A DNA stretch of 63,915 nt, counting the filler, from Octopus bimaculoides (lineage: Eukaryota): assembly GCF_001194135.2 (NCBI RefSeq). It is 5 parts of 5 records of this genome, joined end to end, with 100 filler letters (N's around TTAATTAATTAA, not from the genome) between each part and the next. Parts side by side here need not be neighbours in the genome. Positions count along the whole stretch, not along the records: positions 1 to 17,723 come from NC_069002.1; positions 17,824 to 42,069 come from NC_068990.1; 3 more parts are not named here. One strand, 5' to 3'. The notes under the pieces were generated by a model. It had not been told where the DNA came from, did no database searches, and worked only from the letters and a program-made list of their open reading frames with translations. The translations under genes were made by a program, and so were the position numbers. Positions 12,851 through 25,520 of this stretch are shown in pieces. The first letter of the stretch is position 1. Each line of letters starts with the position of its first letter.

Positions 12851-13618
12851 ATTCGATTTTAATGGTTGGGCTCGAAGTTGATGAAGCTATGAATAAGAAG
12901 ACGTAAATATTGGTTTTAAAATCCTTTTCGATAGAAAGTGACCCACGGAAAGCATTCCACTCTTTCTNNNNNNNNNNNNNNNNNNNNNNNNNNNNNNNNN
13001 NNNNNNNNNNNNNNNNNNNNNNNNNNNNNNNNNNNNNNNNNNNNNNNNNNNNNNNNNNNNNNNNNNNNNNNNNNNNNNNNNNNNNNNNNNNNNNNNNNNN
13101 NNNNNNNNNNNNNNNNNNNNNNNNNNNNNNNNNNNNNNNNNNNNNNNNNNNNNNNNNNNNNNNNNNNNNNNNNNNNNNNNNNNNNNNNNNNNNNNNNNNN
13201 NNNNNNNNNNNNNNNNNNNNNNNNNNNNNNNNNNNNNNNNNNNNNNNNNNNNNNNNNNNNNNNNNNNNNNNNNNNNNNNNNNNNNNNNNNNNNNNNNNNN
13301 NNNNNNNNNNNNNNNNNNNNNNNNNNNNNNNNNNNNNNNNNNNNNNNNNNNNNNNNNNNNNNNNNNNNNNNNNNNNNNNNNNNNNNNNNNNNNNNNNNNN
13401 NNNNNNNNNNNNNNNNNNNNNNNNNNNNNNNNNNNNNNNNNNNNNNNNNNNNNNGGTGGTGGTGGCAGTGGTGGTGATATTAGTAGTGTGTAAGTTAGAA
13501 GAAATACGTCTAACATATTAAGATATTGTGAATTTGCTTTGTGTGTGTGTGTGTGCGTGCATGCGCGTGTGTATTTATGCATGTGTACGTGCGTGTGTAT
13601 TTATGCATGTGTGCGTGC

Positions 13619-13661
<43 letters not shown>

Positions 13662-13809
13662 GGTCTATGTACGTGTGTGTGTATGTGTGTTTCTTGTGCC
13701 TGTGATTGCGTTTCCGAAACGATCGTTTTATACATGCTCTAAGATCCTTTTATGTACCATAATCTAGAAGTTCGATAAAGAGAGATCGATAAAAACGATA
13801 AGAAACGAT

Positions 13810-13920
13810 AAGTGGCAGACTACAGTAAGAACATAGGTCGATACGAGTGACCAAAATATTCCTGGAAGGGTGTGCCCCATCATGGTCGCAGTCTAGTGAA
13901 ACGAGTCAAAGAATAAAGAA
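13810..13920 (+). mobile_element. SINE family A 3' tail fragment
   Basis: ggtgtgccccatcatggtcgcagtctagtgaaacgag. Confidence 0.55.
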
Positions 13921-14630
13921 TGCTCTATGTTAAGGAAATGTAAAATGGTTTTCTCTCTGATATTTCAAGCCTCTCACCATTCTCTTGTAGAAAGAATTTA
14001 ATATGTCGGATTGAAACCATCAAATTACTCTGAATAATTACTTCTTGGATTAATATTATCTTCACGGTTCAACGGGCTAAAAATCTTCCCAGAGTGGTTC
14101 GACAAAAATTTATGCATTTTCCGAACGGATGACAACCATGTAGAACTCTCTGGAAAAAGAGGTACAAACAAATACACGCAATATCTCTCTCTCTCTCTCT
14201 CTCTCACTCCCTCTCGCTCTCTCGCGCTCTCTCTCTCTCTCCTTCTCTCTCTCCCTCTGTCTTTCATTTTTACACACATACACAACAACATCAGCGAAAA
14301 GAACGAAAACATCAACAATAGCATAGCAACAACAACAATAATGCTAATAATAATAACAATAATAACAGCAACAACAACAACGACAACAACAACTACAACA
14401 GCAGCAACAACAATAATAATAATAAAGTTATTGTACTGGAGTACAAACAACAATGAATACAAAGAACTCGATAGTGAAAATAGAGTAATATAGATATTTA
14501 TTGAAGCTGAAAATGTTCAGGATTACAAGCTATTATAGTTTCATCTCTCGAATCATCAGAATGTAATGAGAAACTATTGATAAAATATTGTGTATGAAAT
14601 ACATACATACATACATACATACATACATAC

Positions 14631-14669
<39 letters not shown>

Positions 14670-14721
14670 CATATACATGAATATATTTGGGTATATATAT
14701 GTATATATGCATAAATATATT

Positions 14722-14761
<40 letters not shown>

Positions 14762-15011
14762 NNNNNNNNNNNNNNNNNNNNNNNNNNNNNNNNNNNNNNN
14801 NNNNNNNNNNNNNNNNNNNNNNNNNNNNNNNNNNNNNNNNNNNNNNNNNNNNNNNNNNNNNNNNNNNNNNNNNNNNNNNNNNNNNNNNNNNNNNNNNNNN
14901 NNNNNNNNNNNNNNNNNNNNNNNNNGGTTATAAAAGAAATATGTAATGTTTTGAAGGCGAAACAGGTAGGGAGGGGGTTTGTCCACGATGTAGCAGAGAG
15001 AGAGAGGGGGG

Positions 15012-15012
15012 A

Positions 15013-15107
<95 letters not shown>

Positions 15108-15127
15108 GAATAAAGAAAGAAAGAAAG
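15012..15127. repeat. (GAAA)n microsatellite
   Basis: Directly visible. Confidence 0.95.
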
Positions 15128-15837
15128 TGATTTAAACGGGTGGATTTATAATATTGAGTGAGACGCCATGTGTTTAAGCATACAGAAAATGATTGGATTG
15201 AAAGAAATTGGTTTGTCTCGATCATGGTGCTCGTATAATCGATACTGTCATGTTAGTGACATATTTTTATTCGGAAAGACGGAAATCACACTCGTTGGCT
15301 ATCTTTAACTATTTGGTCTGATAAACGGTTTGAAATAACTGAGCGATTTAAACGGTTTATGCACACAAATAGATAACCAATCCGAACGTTGGTCAAGAAA
15401 AGAGAGACAGCGGAAAATAATATTTCATAAAATTAGCAAATGCGAAAAAAAGAATACACGGCCTACTGGTTTGGCAAAACATTAAATCTCGATTTCGTGT
15501 CGTAGTTTGAATTATTAAATTTTATTATTCCAGATTAATAGATAAGTACAAAAGTCATATCTACATTTAAAATTTGGTGGCGAAAATTGTAAAGGCAATT
15601 GACATGATAGTTTTTAATTAGTATAACAATCTTCAGGTTGGAATCAACTGTGATCTTTAAACTTAATTCTTTCAACAAATTGTTCCATTAATTAAAAAAT
15701 TTCCTTGTTTCTTGGTGGTTTATATTAGATTGACCATCGTCTCTGTAAAGTCCGCTGAGAAGAGTATTTTTGAAGTAGAAATTAAATAAAGTTTTAAACA
15801 CTTATAATATGCAAATCAGTAGCTCCAGTTTACATAA

Positions 15838-15985
15838 GTGGCTGTGTGGTAAGTAACTTGCTTACCAACCACATGGGTTCTGGGTTCAGTATCATTGGAT
15901 GGAACCGTGAGCAAGTGTCTTCTACTATAGCCTGGCCCGACCAAAGCCATGTGAGGAAATTTGGTAGACGGAAAGTGAAAGAAAC

Positions 15986-15987
<2 letters not shown>
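15838..15987 (+). mobile_element. SINE family A head, running into (TA)n and a gap
   Basis: gtggctgtgtggtaagtaacttgcttaccaaccacatgggttctgggttcagt...gagcaagtgtcttctactatagcc. Confidence 0.85.
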
Positions 15988-16018
<31 letters not shown>

Positions 16019-16560
16019 NNNNNNNNNNNNNNNNNNNNNNNNNNNNNNNNNNNNNNNNNNNNNNNNNNNNNNNNNNNNNNNNNNNNNNNNNNNNNNNNNN
16101 NNNNNNNNNNNNNNNNNNNNNNNNNNNNNNNNNNNNNNNNNNNNNNNNNNNNNNNNNNNNNNNNNNNNNNNNNNNNNNNNNNNNNNNNNNNNNNNNNNNN
16201 NNNNNNNNNNNNNNNNNNNNNNNNNNNNNNNNNNNNNNNNNNNNNNNNNNNNNNNNNNNNNNNNNNNNNNNNNNNNNNNNNNNNNNNNNNNNNNNNNNNN
16301 NNNNNNNNNNNNNNNNNNNNNNNNNNNNNNNNNNNNNNNNNNNNNNNNNNNNNNNNNNNNNNNNNNNNNNNNNNNNNNNNNNNNNNNNNNNNNNNNNNNN
16401 NNNNNNNNNNNNNNNNNNNNNNNNNNNNNNNNNNNNNNNNNNNNNNNNNNNNNNNNNNNNNNNNNNNNNNNNNNNNNNGTGTATAAATATATATATATAT
16501 ATATATATATTTATACATACATATACATACTTACATATGTGTGTGTATATATAAATACAT

Positions 16561-16598
<38 letters not shown>

Positions 16599-16649
16599 TG
16601 ATGACGGAAACTGAACGTGCTTCAATCGACATTCTAATAGACATTGTCT

Positions 16650-16825
16650 TTTATCTTTTTACTTGTTTCAGTCGTTAGTCTGTGGCCATGCTGGGGCACT
16701 GCCTTGAAGAATTTTAGTCGAACGAATCGACCTCAGTACTTATTGCTTTTAAATCAGGTCTATATTCTATCGGTCTCATTAGTCGAACTGCTAAGTTACG
16801 GAGACGTTGCCAAGCGACGGTCGTT
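16650..16825 (-). mobile_element. SINE family A 3' tail
   Basis: cttttacttgtttcagtcgttagtctgtggccatgctggggcactgcc. Confidence 0.8.
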
Positions 16826-17297
16826 TTCAACAGTAAATAGACAGATGTTTGAGTAACTGAAATAAATTGCTTATTAATTTAAATGCAGTCGTAACTGAGT
16901 GTTCCACAGAGACGTATATACTTAACGTACTTTCCAAATCGAATCAGCCTATGGCAATATGCTAACAAGGACACCAACCTCTGTCTAATTAGCTGCATTA
17001 TTAATTAAAGGCAGGTTTGGCAGGTTCCCTTTAAAGCGATCATATCGATATATATCCATTTGATCATACGTGTGGACTTGTTTCTAAAGTCATTGTTATT
17101 TCCCGTTCTTTAGATCCGTGTGAGACTTGATCGAACCAAATCAAAGTTGAATATGTTTTGGTAGACATGATGTATCTTGGATGACATGATCAATGGCGCT
17201 ATCCAACATAATGTAAGTGTGACATAATTGCAGGGGCACGTGACTGCAGTTTCTATGACTGCTGTAGGGTGTAAAGACATCATTATTCTGACATTGA

Positions 17298-17518
17298 AAG
17301 GCGGCGAGCCGGCAGAATCGTTACTGCGCCGGGCGAAATGCTTAGTGGTATTTCGACTGCCGCTACTTTCTGAGTTCAAATTCTGCCAAAGTCGACTTTG
17401 CCTTTCATCCTTTAGGGGCCGATAAATTAAGTACCAGTTGAGTGCTGAGGTCGATGTAATCGACTTAACCCTTCCCCGAAAAATTTCAGGCCTTGTGCCT
17501 GTATTAGAAAGAATTATC
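17298..17518 (+). mobile_element. SINE family B, near-complete
   Basis: ggcggcgagccggcagaatcgtta (A-box-like) ... gagttcaaattc (B box) ... gataaattaagtaccag. Confidence 0.85.
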
Positions 17519-17723
17519 CTGACACTGAAAAATATATATACGTATATATATATATATATATATTTTAACGCCGATGTGATATAATTTCTTGGGAGAGAAA
17601 TACTTTTGCGGCTGAAGATAGTTTTGTATTGTCAATTATACACTGATATAAAGCTTGAAACACGTGTACCGCAGAATCCTTTGTGTTTTTGTTTTTATTT
17701 TTTGCATTTACAATTCATTTTAT

Positions 17724-17823
17724 NNNNNNNNNNNNNNNNNNNNNNNNNNNNNNNNNNNNNNNNNNNNTTAATTAATTAANNNNNNNNNNNNNNNNNNNNN
17801 NNNNNNNNNNNNNNNNNNNNNNN
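17724..17823. other. Assembly linker 44N-TTAATTAATTAA-44N
   Basis: Exactly 100 bp; TTAATTAATTAA (17768-17779) puts stop codons in all six frames. Confidence 0.95.
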
Positions 17824-20800
17824 AAAAGGAGTGACAGTGACTTTGAAGTTTCAGCCAAGAAGCAGGAAGAATCGAATGATTAATAAAAAAAAAACATCTA
17901 CAATCATAAAAAAGTCACAACATATACAACTAATTCCCATGGATGTTATGGATCTCAATTTTGTAAAAATATAGTTTCCTTTTCCACATCTACATGTAAC
18001 AGTTTGTATTTGTGTTATAAAAAAAGAGATACAAAATTATTAGGTATTTGACATAAATTTGTTATACTGAGTCCAATTACTAAGAAAAACAAATATAAGT
18101 AATATAAGTACCCAATGATTATGAAAAGATAGGTGACATCTATTATAGGTGATGTAGACAACATACAACACCCCAAACCCCTGTATCTGCAGACATCACT
18201 AATATGTCATGAAGAAGAACAGCAAAGGAAAAAAAATAAAACTAAGTTATCACAAAAGTACTTTTTATTTAAAAATGCTCAAGTACAACTCTGATAAACA
18301 AATTTTCCAGCTCATTTCATCATTAAATATTTGCAAAGTAAATATCTGAGACCTCCTTTCATATGACTTTATAATTAATAATCAATGAAGATGTTAAATT
18401 ATAATTATAGTAATGAATTTTACTGAATTTGTTGTTTCTACGTTGCATCATTTTGTACTTCAGTAAATTTTACTATTTTGTTCAACATTTAGAACAGAAT
18501 CTCTTTTTCTGGGTAAGCATTACAAGAGTAGTCAAGCATACAATTAGTGTCAAATACACTATTTTTGTTACTTCACTTGGTTGGTTTGATATCATTTTTA
18601 TATCTTACACACAAACACACACAAATCATCCTCATTTCTGTGAGGAAAACATAATATATGAGCAACAACTGTTATAAGTATAATTAGGAACACTATGAAG
18701 CTGTCACTGTAATGATTTTGCTTCATTAAATCTAAGATAGACTGCTAGAATAAAACACTTTCATTAGAATACAAAGCTTATTATAATTTTTTACCATAAC
18801 TGACAAAATATGATTTTACTGGAGACAAATTCATGATAGACTATGAATCATGAGTAAAAAATAGTCAATGCTGAGGATCTGCAGAGACTAGACTGAAGTT
18901 GAATGAGACATGTTGCACTTTGCTCACTCAACTTTCATTTATGCTGACATCCTAAGAGAGTGGCTGGACATAAAAAGGTATTAACTGATGAAAGAAGAGA
19001 AGAACAAAAAAAAAAAAAGTATAGTAAGATATGTAAAAAGTTGTAATAATGGTCCTCAGAATGTTGAATGTTACAAATTACATAGAACTGAGTGCAGTGG
19101 TGATATTCCACAATGTGGTTCTTTTATGGCAAAATGGATGATAAATAAAACGATGATGGTGACAACTCTTATAAGAGTTTTAAGATTTAATTTATTATTA
19201 ACTACCCACCTCTTATTAATATTCTCCAGGTATCTTATTAATATGCTCCAGGTAAAATATAAAATGCTATAACATTCTATTTTGTTAATAAGTAAAACAT
19301 TAGGTTTTAGTTATTTGAAAATCAAAGCCAACACAGATATCCAGCAGGGGAACAATTCATGTTTTATTTGCAGGTGTTTATATTTTCACTTAAAAAACTT
19401 TTTTCTTTTCTTCCTCAAGCTAGCTTGGGTTAGAACAAAATTTTACCAAGATCATTTAAATAATAAAGAAATTACTTCCTTAGCACGCAAGTACTTTTAT
19501 GAATTTCAGAAGTTCCTAAAATAGTGCTCATCTATTGAGCTAGTGGAAGCTGTAGATGCATCTTTGTTTAAAACAGATTCTTGGGTTAACACATTTGAAT
19601 ATTTTTCATGGAGAGAAAAGGAAAAAAGCAAAGACAACCTCAAGCCTACTTAGCATTATTTTTCAACTCTTTACAACCTTTACAATTCATTCCTAAATCC
19701 AATAGAATCATCATGAAACACACACACAAAACCTTTTTTACTACCAGCTACTCTCTCTCTCTCTCTCTCTCTCTGTAATTCCTAAACAATGTAAGAACCC
19801 TACTTCAAAATTTGATGCAAAGCATTTCCATCAATTTTCTAATTACAGCTACAAAATTTAAAATAAAAATTAATTCCTCTAAGCTTAATATTTCAATTCT
19901 AATTGTTAAAAACCATTCAACTAACAAAACATTGATCATTAGAGTCGTGGAAAAAAGAAACAATAAGACTGAGATTGCAAACAACATTATAAATCTGCAG
20001 GTTTCAAAGAATGGATCAATTGCTATATTTTTGCATTTCTACACAGTTACTGAAACTTAATAACTATTAACTAAGTTGCCTGTCAAATATTTTTTTAAAA
20101 ATGAGAACACCAATTTAAACACACACACTCACATATCACTGAATAAGGATTAAGGAAGGGACATGATTTTTTTAAGTTAATACACATAAAGGGAATTTCT
20201 TTTGTAGCTGTTTTTCACAACAGAGGTAAAAATTAAATGTCTTCAAGGAACAACATTGTACATATTCTATCATTTTTTTCCCCTTTTGTATAATTTAGTG
20301 AACACTCTAACCTACAATTCTTTAATTAAACTGTCTTTTGGATGACTTTGAAGTTTCCATATTCATTGTGATCTAAGCAATTCCACTAAATACAGGTTCT
20401 TACCTTACATACAACAAATATATTTCTATGTATTCAATAAAGTGTCTGTGTAACAACATTGACCAAGAGACAACTACTTAATATGTTGTTTTAAGTAACG
20501 CACTTCATAAGTTTTTTGTTTGGTTGTTTTTTGTTTTATCTTAAGCTTATATGGGAAATAACATAATGCACTTAAGTAATGCAGTTTATCATTTCATGAT
20601 GTTTGTAGCTACCACAGAAATAATGGTTTCTATAAATATACACAACATTAATGTTTTCATTTGTGTTTCAACTGAAAACATTTATTGTGGAATAAGTAAA
20701 CAGATATGAGTAAATGAAATCAATTTCTTACTCTAAAACAGCAATCATTTTTTAATCACTAAGTCAAAAGGAAGGGTAGTGTCCATAACCCTTTCCAGGA

Positions 20801-21672
20801 CCTCTGAGAGTAATGTAAGTAGGGAAGAATATATCCACAAACCCAAAACCTGGCCCAAATACTTGCAACATAGTGGAAGAGACAAGATGATGGTGTTAAA
20901 CTGGAATGTATATTAACTCTATCACAATAGGCCACAAGGGAAACTAAACTTAGAATGCAAACCAGAATAAATAGTGTTTTGTCTGCCAGTCCAATACTTT
21001 TGCTAATCTGCACTGGAAGAACTTCACAGTTTATTATGAAAACTTCAAGATTTCGTAGAATACCTTTTTCTTTTTTTTTTTGTCTGAAGTATTTGATTCA
21101 TGAGCTGGTGTAAATTCTGCATAGGTAATACTGAAAGTTTTGTTTTAGGAAATAATGTTTTGTAAACTACAATGTTATACAACTGTGACTGCCTCTTCCT
21201 AGCAAGTTATCTTTTATTTTCATCTTTACATCAAGAAATGAAGACACTCAAGAAGTGAACATACTCAAGAACAAGCCACATACAACTGACCATGAGAAAG
21301 TGCTGATTCACTTCTCTTTGTTTTTCCATAGTGAATAGTGATTGTTATCAAAATTACCAACAATGTGTCAAAAAAATATTGTATATAGTAAATAATTTAA
21401 ACAAGCTTAACCATAGAACAAAATTGAAGACATAATCTTCTATAATTCTCTACTATAATACAACTATATCACTAACTCCTTATGCTGGCTGTATTTTCCT
21501 ATGATTGTATTGCTAGATTTGAATCTACAGTCCCTGTGAACAAAGTACAGTAGCTACACAAATGAACTACGGATTCTAAAGCATATATCAATAACATATA
21601 TACTGCACTTAATTTGAAATATTTATTTCCCTGTCAATTGTCTTTGGAATAATACATATATATATAATTATA

Positions 21673-21767
21673 GATGTTTTCAATCTAGTTTGGATTCTTT
21701 GCCATCAAATTTGAATTCTTTGCAATCAAATTTGATGGCAAAGAATCCAAACTAGATCTAAAACATC
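21673..21767. repeat. Hairpin: perfect 31-bp inverted repeat (21684-21714 / 21726-21756) plus an outer 8-bp stem
   Basis: tctagtttggattctttgccatcaaatttga and its exact reverse complement, 11-nt spacer. Confidence 0.9.
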
Positions 21768-21859
21768 CACATATATATTATTCCTGGTCATTGGTCACCA
21801 ACAATTTTACTAGTTTTGAAAGCAAAGGTAGCTTCAGGTGAATTTCGAATTGAAATACA

Positions 21860-23142
21860 TCAGGTCATCCCATAAGTTCTGTCCGATTTTTGAATAAACA
21901 AAACAAGTGATCAAATGTTATATTTAACTGAAATTTAATCATCAATGTACTTTCCCTGATTATCTATGACTTCCTTCCATCTATTTACAAGCTTTTTAAT
22001 CCCATCAATGTAAAACTCTTTTGCTTTCAAAGTGAAGAACTCTGAAATGTCAGTTTCGACCTCCTACTAGCTTGCGAAAGTTATGTCCCCCAAATGATTC
22101 TGTAAACTACGAAACAAATGGTAGTCTGAAGGAGCAAGGTCAGGAGATTAAGGTGGATGAGGAATTTTTTCCCAACCAAGCTCTTCGATCTTCTGTGATG
22201 TGATCTTTGCAGTGTGGGGTCACACATTGTCCTGATGAAAGATCACTCCTTTTTGATTCACTAAAGCAGGTCTTTTTTTTCTCAAAGCTTGGTTCAAATT
22301 CTCTAATTGCTGACAGTAGACTTGAGCATTGATTGTTTGCATTAGGTGGTAACAATTTAAAGTGAATTACTCCTTTACAATCCCACCAGATAGAGAGAAG
22401 AACCTTTTTCCCATGAAGTTCCCTTCTCGGTTGTGGTTGAGCTTTTTCCTTTTTACCAAGCCACTGTTTACGACGTTTAACATTTCGATAGAAGATCCAT
22501 TTTTCGTCACCAGTCATAAGTCTATCCAAAACGGGTGAAATGAGTTTGCGAGAAAGGAGAGAAGAGCAGATGTCAATTCAGGATTTGCGGTTGCTTTCGG
22601 CCAATTCATGAGGCACTCATTTTCCAAGTTTAGGAAACTTTCTAAGTTGTTGAAGATGACGATGAACAGTTGTATGGTTTGAACTAAGCTTTATTGCCAA
22701 TTCTTCAACTGATTATGCAGGATTTTCTTCAAGTAATGCCTCAAGGAGCTTATCATCAAACTCAACTGGATGGCCTGTTCGATCTTCATCTTCAGGGCTG
22801 AAATCTTCACTTCTGAATTTTGCAAACTATCTTCTGCAAGTTCTTTCATTCAAGCATTCTTTCCCATAAACTGAGTGTATGTTTCGAATCACTTCGGCTG
22901 CAGAGTTTTTGTACTCATAAAGCATTATGTGCCTTAAATGCTCTTTGGATACTTCCATGCTAGAAAGGATTTTAATCAGAGAAATTTTAATTCTATTATT
23001 CTGTAAAATAATATTTAAGTAGTTTAAATGTACACAAATGCACAAAAATAATTTTTAATTCCATTAGACATTCTAAAACACTATTAAATTTCATTCAATT
23101 TTAAAAAAGGTAAAATTGGACAGAACTTATGGGGTGACCTGA
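21860..23142 (-). mobile_element. Full-length (1283 bp) decayed mariner, D,D34D
   Basis: ~31-bp TIRs tcaggtcatcccataagttctgtccgatttt / aaaattggacagaacttatggggtgacctga; TA at 23143-23144, CA at 21858-21859. Confidence 0.95.
21935..22958 (-). pseudogene. Mariner transposase pseudogene
   Basis: MEVSKEHLRHIMLYEY...*VPHEL...TGDEKWIFY...KKVLLSIWWD...FHQDNV*PH...PP*SPDLAPSDYHLF...RWKEVIDNQGKYIDD*; multiple stops and frameshifts. Confidence 0.95.
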
Positions 23143-23544
23143 TAATATCAGTTTTCGTCTAGCATAAACTAGAAATGCAAAAGTGCCCATTTTTGTCATT
23201 ATCCAACCATTACTGATGATGTTAATTCTCTGTTTCAAACCTTTCTATTCATTTAAAATTAAAGCAGGATCTATAAGACTTCTTGACGATGACAAAAGCC
23301 TTATGCAACAACCACGTAGTTGCTACATAATAATGAAAGGTAATAGACTTACTTCTGACATTAACCCCCTAAAAAAGGAAAAATCTGGTACAGGTTCTTA
23401 AGAAAGAGAAAATGTCAACTGGAAATTTTTAGCTAAGAAAGCTTGTAAAGGAAATAAACTCCTTATGAAGAGTTTTTAAGATCTGGAAGCATTTGTTTCT
23501 GTACAGATTGACTGCTGTAAGTAAAAAGCTCTATGACTATGATC

Positions 23545-23878
23545 TCATCATTATCATCTTCATCATTTTACATTTGTTTTCCATACTGGCATGGATGGAG
23601 TGGTTTGACAGAATCGGACAGGTCAAAGGACCACATCTTGTCCCAGTGTCGGCTTGATTTCTATGGCTGGATGCCCTTCATAGCACCAACCAGAGTGTAC
23701 AGAGTGCTTTTTTTTTTGTGCCACCAGCACTATAGAGATTGTCTTGCCTTTAGCAAGACCAAAGACTCCTCTCAAACTCCTGTTGTCTCTACTCATTTTG
23801 CTGACAATTTTACAGTTTACTGGGTGCTTTTTTCATGTCACCAGCACTAGTGAGGTTGCCTTGTAACTCACAAGATGA
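23545..23878 (-). mobile_element. Retroposon family C with a (GAT)n tail; other copies at 25325-25520+, 29775-29935+, 39095-39305+, 49850-50125+, 57350-57700-
   Basis: Shared aaaagcacccagtacac...ggcattaggaagggcatccagc...aaaccatgccaa...ccatgccagcatggaaaac..acattaaatgatgatga. Confidence 0.75.
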
Positions 23879-24019
23879 AAGGACCACCACCATTAAAAAA
23901 AAAAAAGGGAAAGAGAGTGATGACATGAGATGGAGTGTTGGGTGAAGTCATGGCACTGGGCAGAATTGCTTGGTTGTCATGAAGGAGGGTGTTGGGAGAA
24001 GTTACAGTATGATGAGAGG

Positions 24020-24130
24020 AATGGATTTATTGATGTGACAGAGTGACAGAGGAAAGATTAACAAAGGCAAGGATCTGTGAATTACAATATGCTGATGACA
24101 ACGTTGTTCCACCACTAACTAAAGCCAGTC
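24020..24130 (+). mobile_element. Short RTE-like reverse transcriptase fragment
   Basis: TKARICELQYADDNVV (YADD motif in a typical RTE context). Confidence 0.5.
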
Positions 24131-24554
24131 ACCAAATCTCTTCTCATGTATTTGTTTGAATTTATAAGACTTTTAGCCTCACTGTCAGTTTAGTATAAAT
24201 GATAACTCTAACTCAATACCTATTAGGAAAAGAAAAGGTGATAATGATGAAAATTGCTATCTATCCTATCTATCCTGCTTTAAATCAAGAAAAATTGAAG
24301 GCAAGTATCTTTGATGCTCTAAGAAAAAATATTATGTAAAAGTAAACTATTTATGGGTTTTTNNNNNNNNNNAAAAAAAAAAAAAAAATATCAGAGCAGC
24401 TTCCACAAAAGTTGTAGGAATTTTATTTCATTTTATTTTATTTTATTGACAACAAATCCATAAATAGATCTATTGACAAATTTATTTTTCTCTATTCACA
24501 AGATAAAATGTAATGTAAGTAAATAAAGTGCATTTCCTCCATAGCCATCTAGAC

Positions 24555-24848
24555 CAGGGGTTTTCAAACTGTGGTCCACGGACCACAGGGGGTCCGCAAG
24601 GACAAGACAGGGGGTCCGTAGACAGCAAATACTTTTTATGGGCAATTTGAGTTTATATATGTTTTTTAATCGAAATCTTTTAATTGACAATAAACCTATT
24701 TGTTAAATACTGCTAAATAAATAAATGTAAAAATATGTTATTTTAAGCAAATATTTATGTATAAATTTCATAAGTGTTTATAAGGGGGCTCTAAGGTAAA
24801 GCCTGAAATATAAAGGGGTCCGCAAGTCAATGAGTTTGAAAACCCCTG
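24555..24848. mobile_element. hAT (Charlie/Buster-like) MITE, 294 bp
   Basis: 16-bp TIRs caggggttttcaaact / agtttgaaaacccctg; perfect 8-bp TSD ATCTAGAC (24547-24554, 24849-24856). Confidence 0.95.
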
Positions 24849-25020
24849 ATCTAGACTACTTTCCTGTTAATTTAGGGGTTGTTAATGAAGAACAAGGAAA
24901 GTATTTACACTATGCCATAACAAAATACAGAGAAAAACTAGCAGGGACAGATGAATACAAATATGATGACAGACTGTCGTTGGTACCTAATAAGAGAAGA
25001 AAACAAAAGTGATTATACAG

Positions 25021-25312
25021 TTCTATATTTAAGAGATGAGGAATTATTTACATTATTTACATTATTTACATTTGACGGATATTTGTCCTCATCTTGTTTG
25101 TTGTTAACACAACGTTTCGGCTGATATACCCTCCAGCTTTCGTCAGGTGTCTTGGGGAAATTTCGAACCTGGGTTCTCATTCCTAACGATGTTACTATTA
25201 TTATATTATTATTATTATTACTATTATTAATCAGGTCGCTGCCGTGAATCGAACTCGGAATCTTGGGGTTAGTAGCCCGCGCTCTTAACCACTACGCCAT
25301 ATGCCCACAGGC
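25021..25312 (-). mobile_element. tRNA-derived SINE family D with an (ATT)n linker and a hammerhead-like 3' module
   Basis: Head TGGCGTAGTGGTTAAGAGCGCGGGCTACTAACCCC..GAGTTCGATTC; tail with (TGTAAATAA)3. Confidence 0.85.
25107..25150 (-). ncRNA. Minimal type-I hammerhead-like motif inside SINE D
   Basis: acac CUGACGA aagcug-gaggguauau-cagcc GAAAC GU U gugu: stem I acac:gugu, palindromic ACGU stem III, A.C mismatch closing stem II. Confidence 0.5.
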
Positions 25313-25324
25313 ATACATACATAC

Positions 25325-25520
25325 GCATGCTGGTGGTATGTAAAGCATCCATTACACTCTTGGAATGGTTGGTGTTAGGAATGGCATCCAACAGTAGAAA
25401 CCATGCCAAATCAGACTAGAGTCTGGTGCAGCCCCTCAGCTTACCAGCCCTGGTCAAACCGTCCATCCCATGCCAGCATGGACAACGGACATTAAATGAT
25501 AATGATGATGATGATGATAT
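25325..25520 (+). mobile_element. Retroposon family C copy
   Basis: Same tail ending ...acggacattaaatgataatgatgatgatg. Confidence 0.8.

Noticed and set aside
14025-14150. Possible terminal exon (cctctttttccag then SSTWLSSVRKMHKF...SE*)
   Set aside because: No recognisable protein and no neighbouring exons; support is insufficient.
48-16625. Dozens of long ORFs in the track ([21 protein letters not shown]-runs)
   Set aside because: They are translations of microsatellites and N gaps; the same applies to the ORFs at 46862-47965 and 51748-54047.
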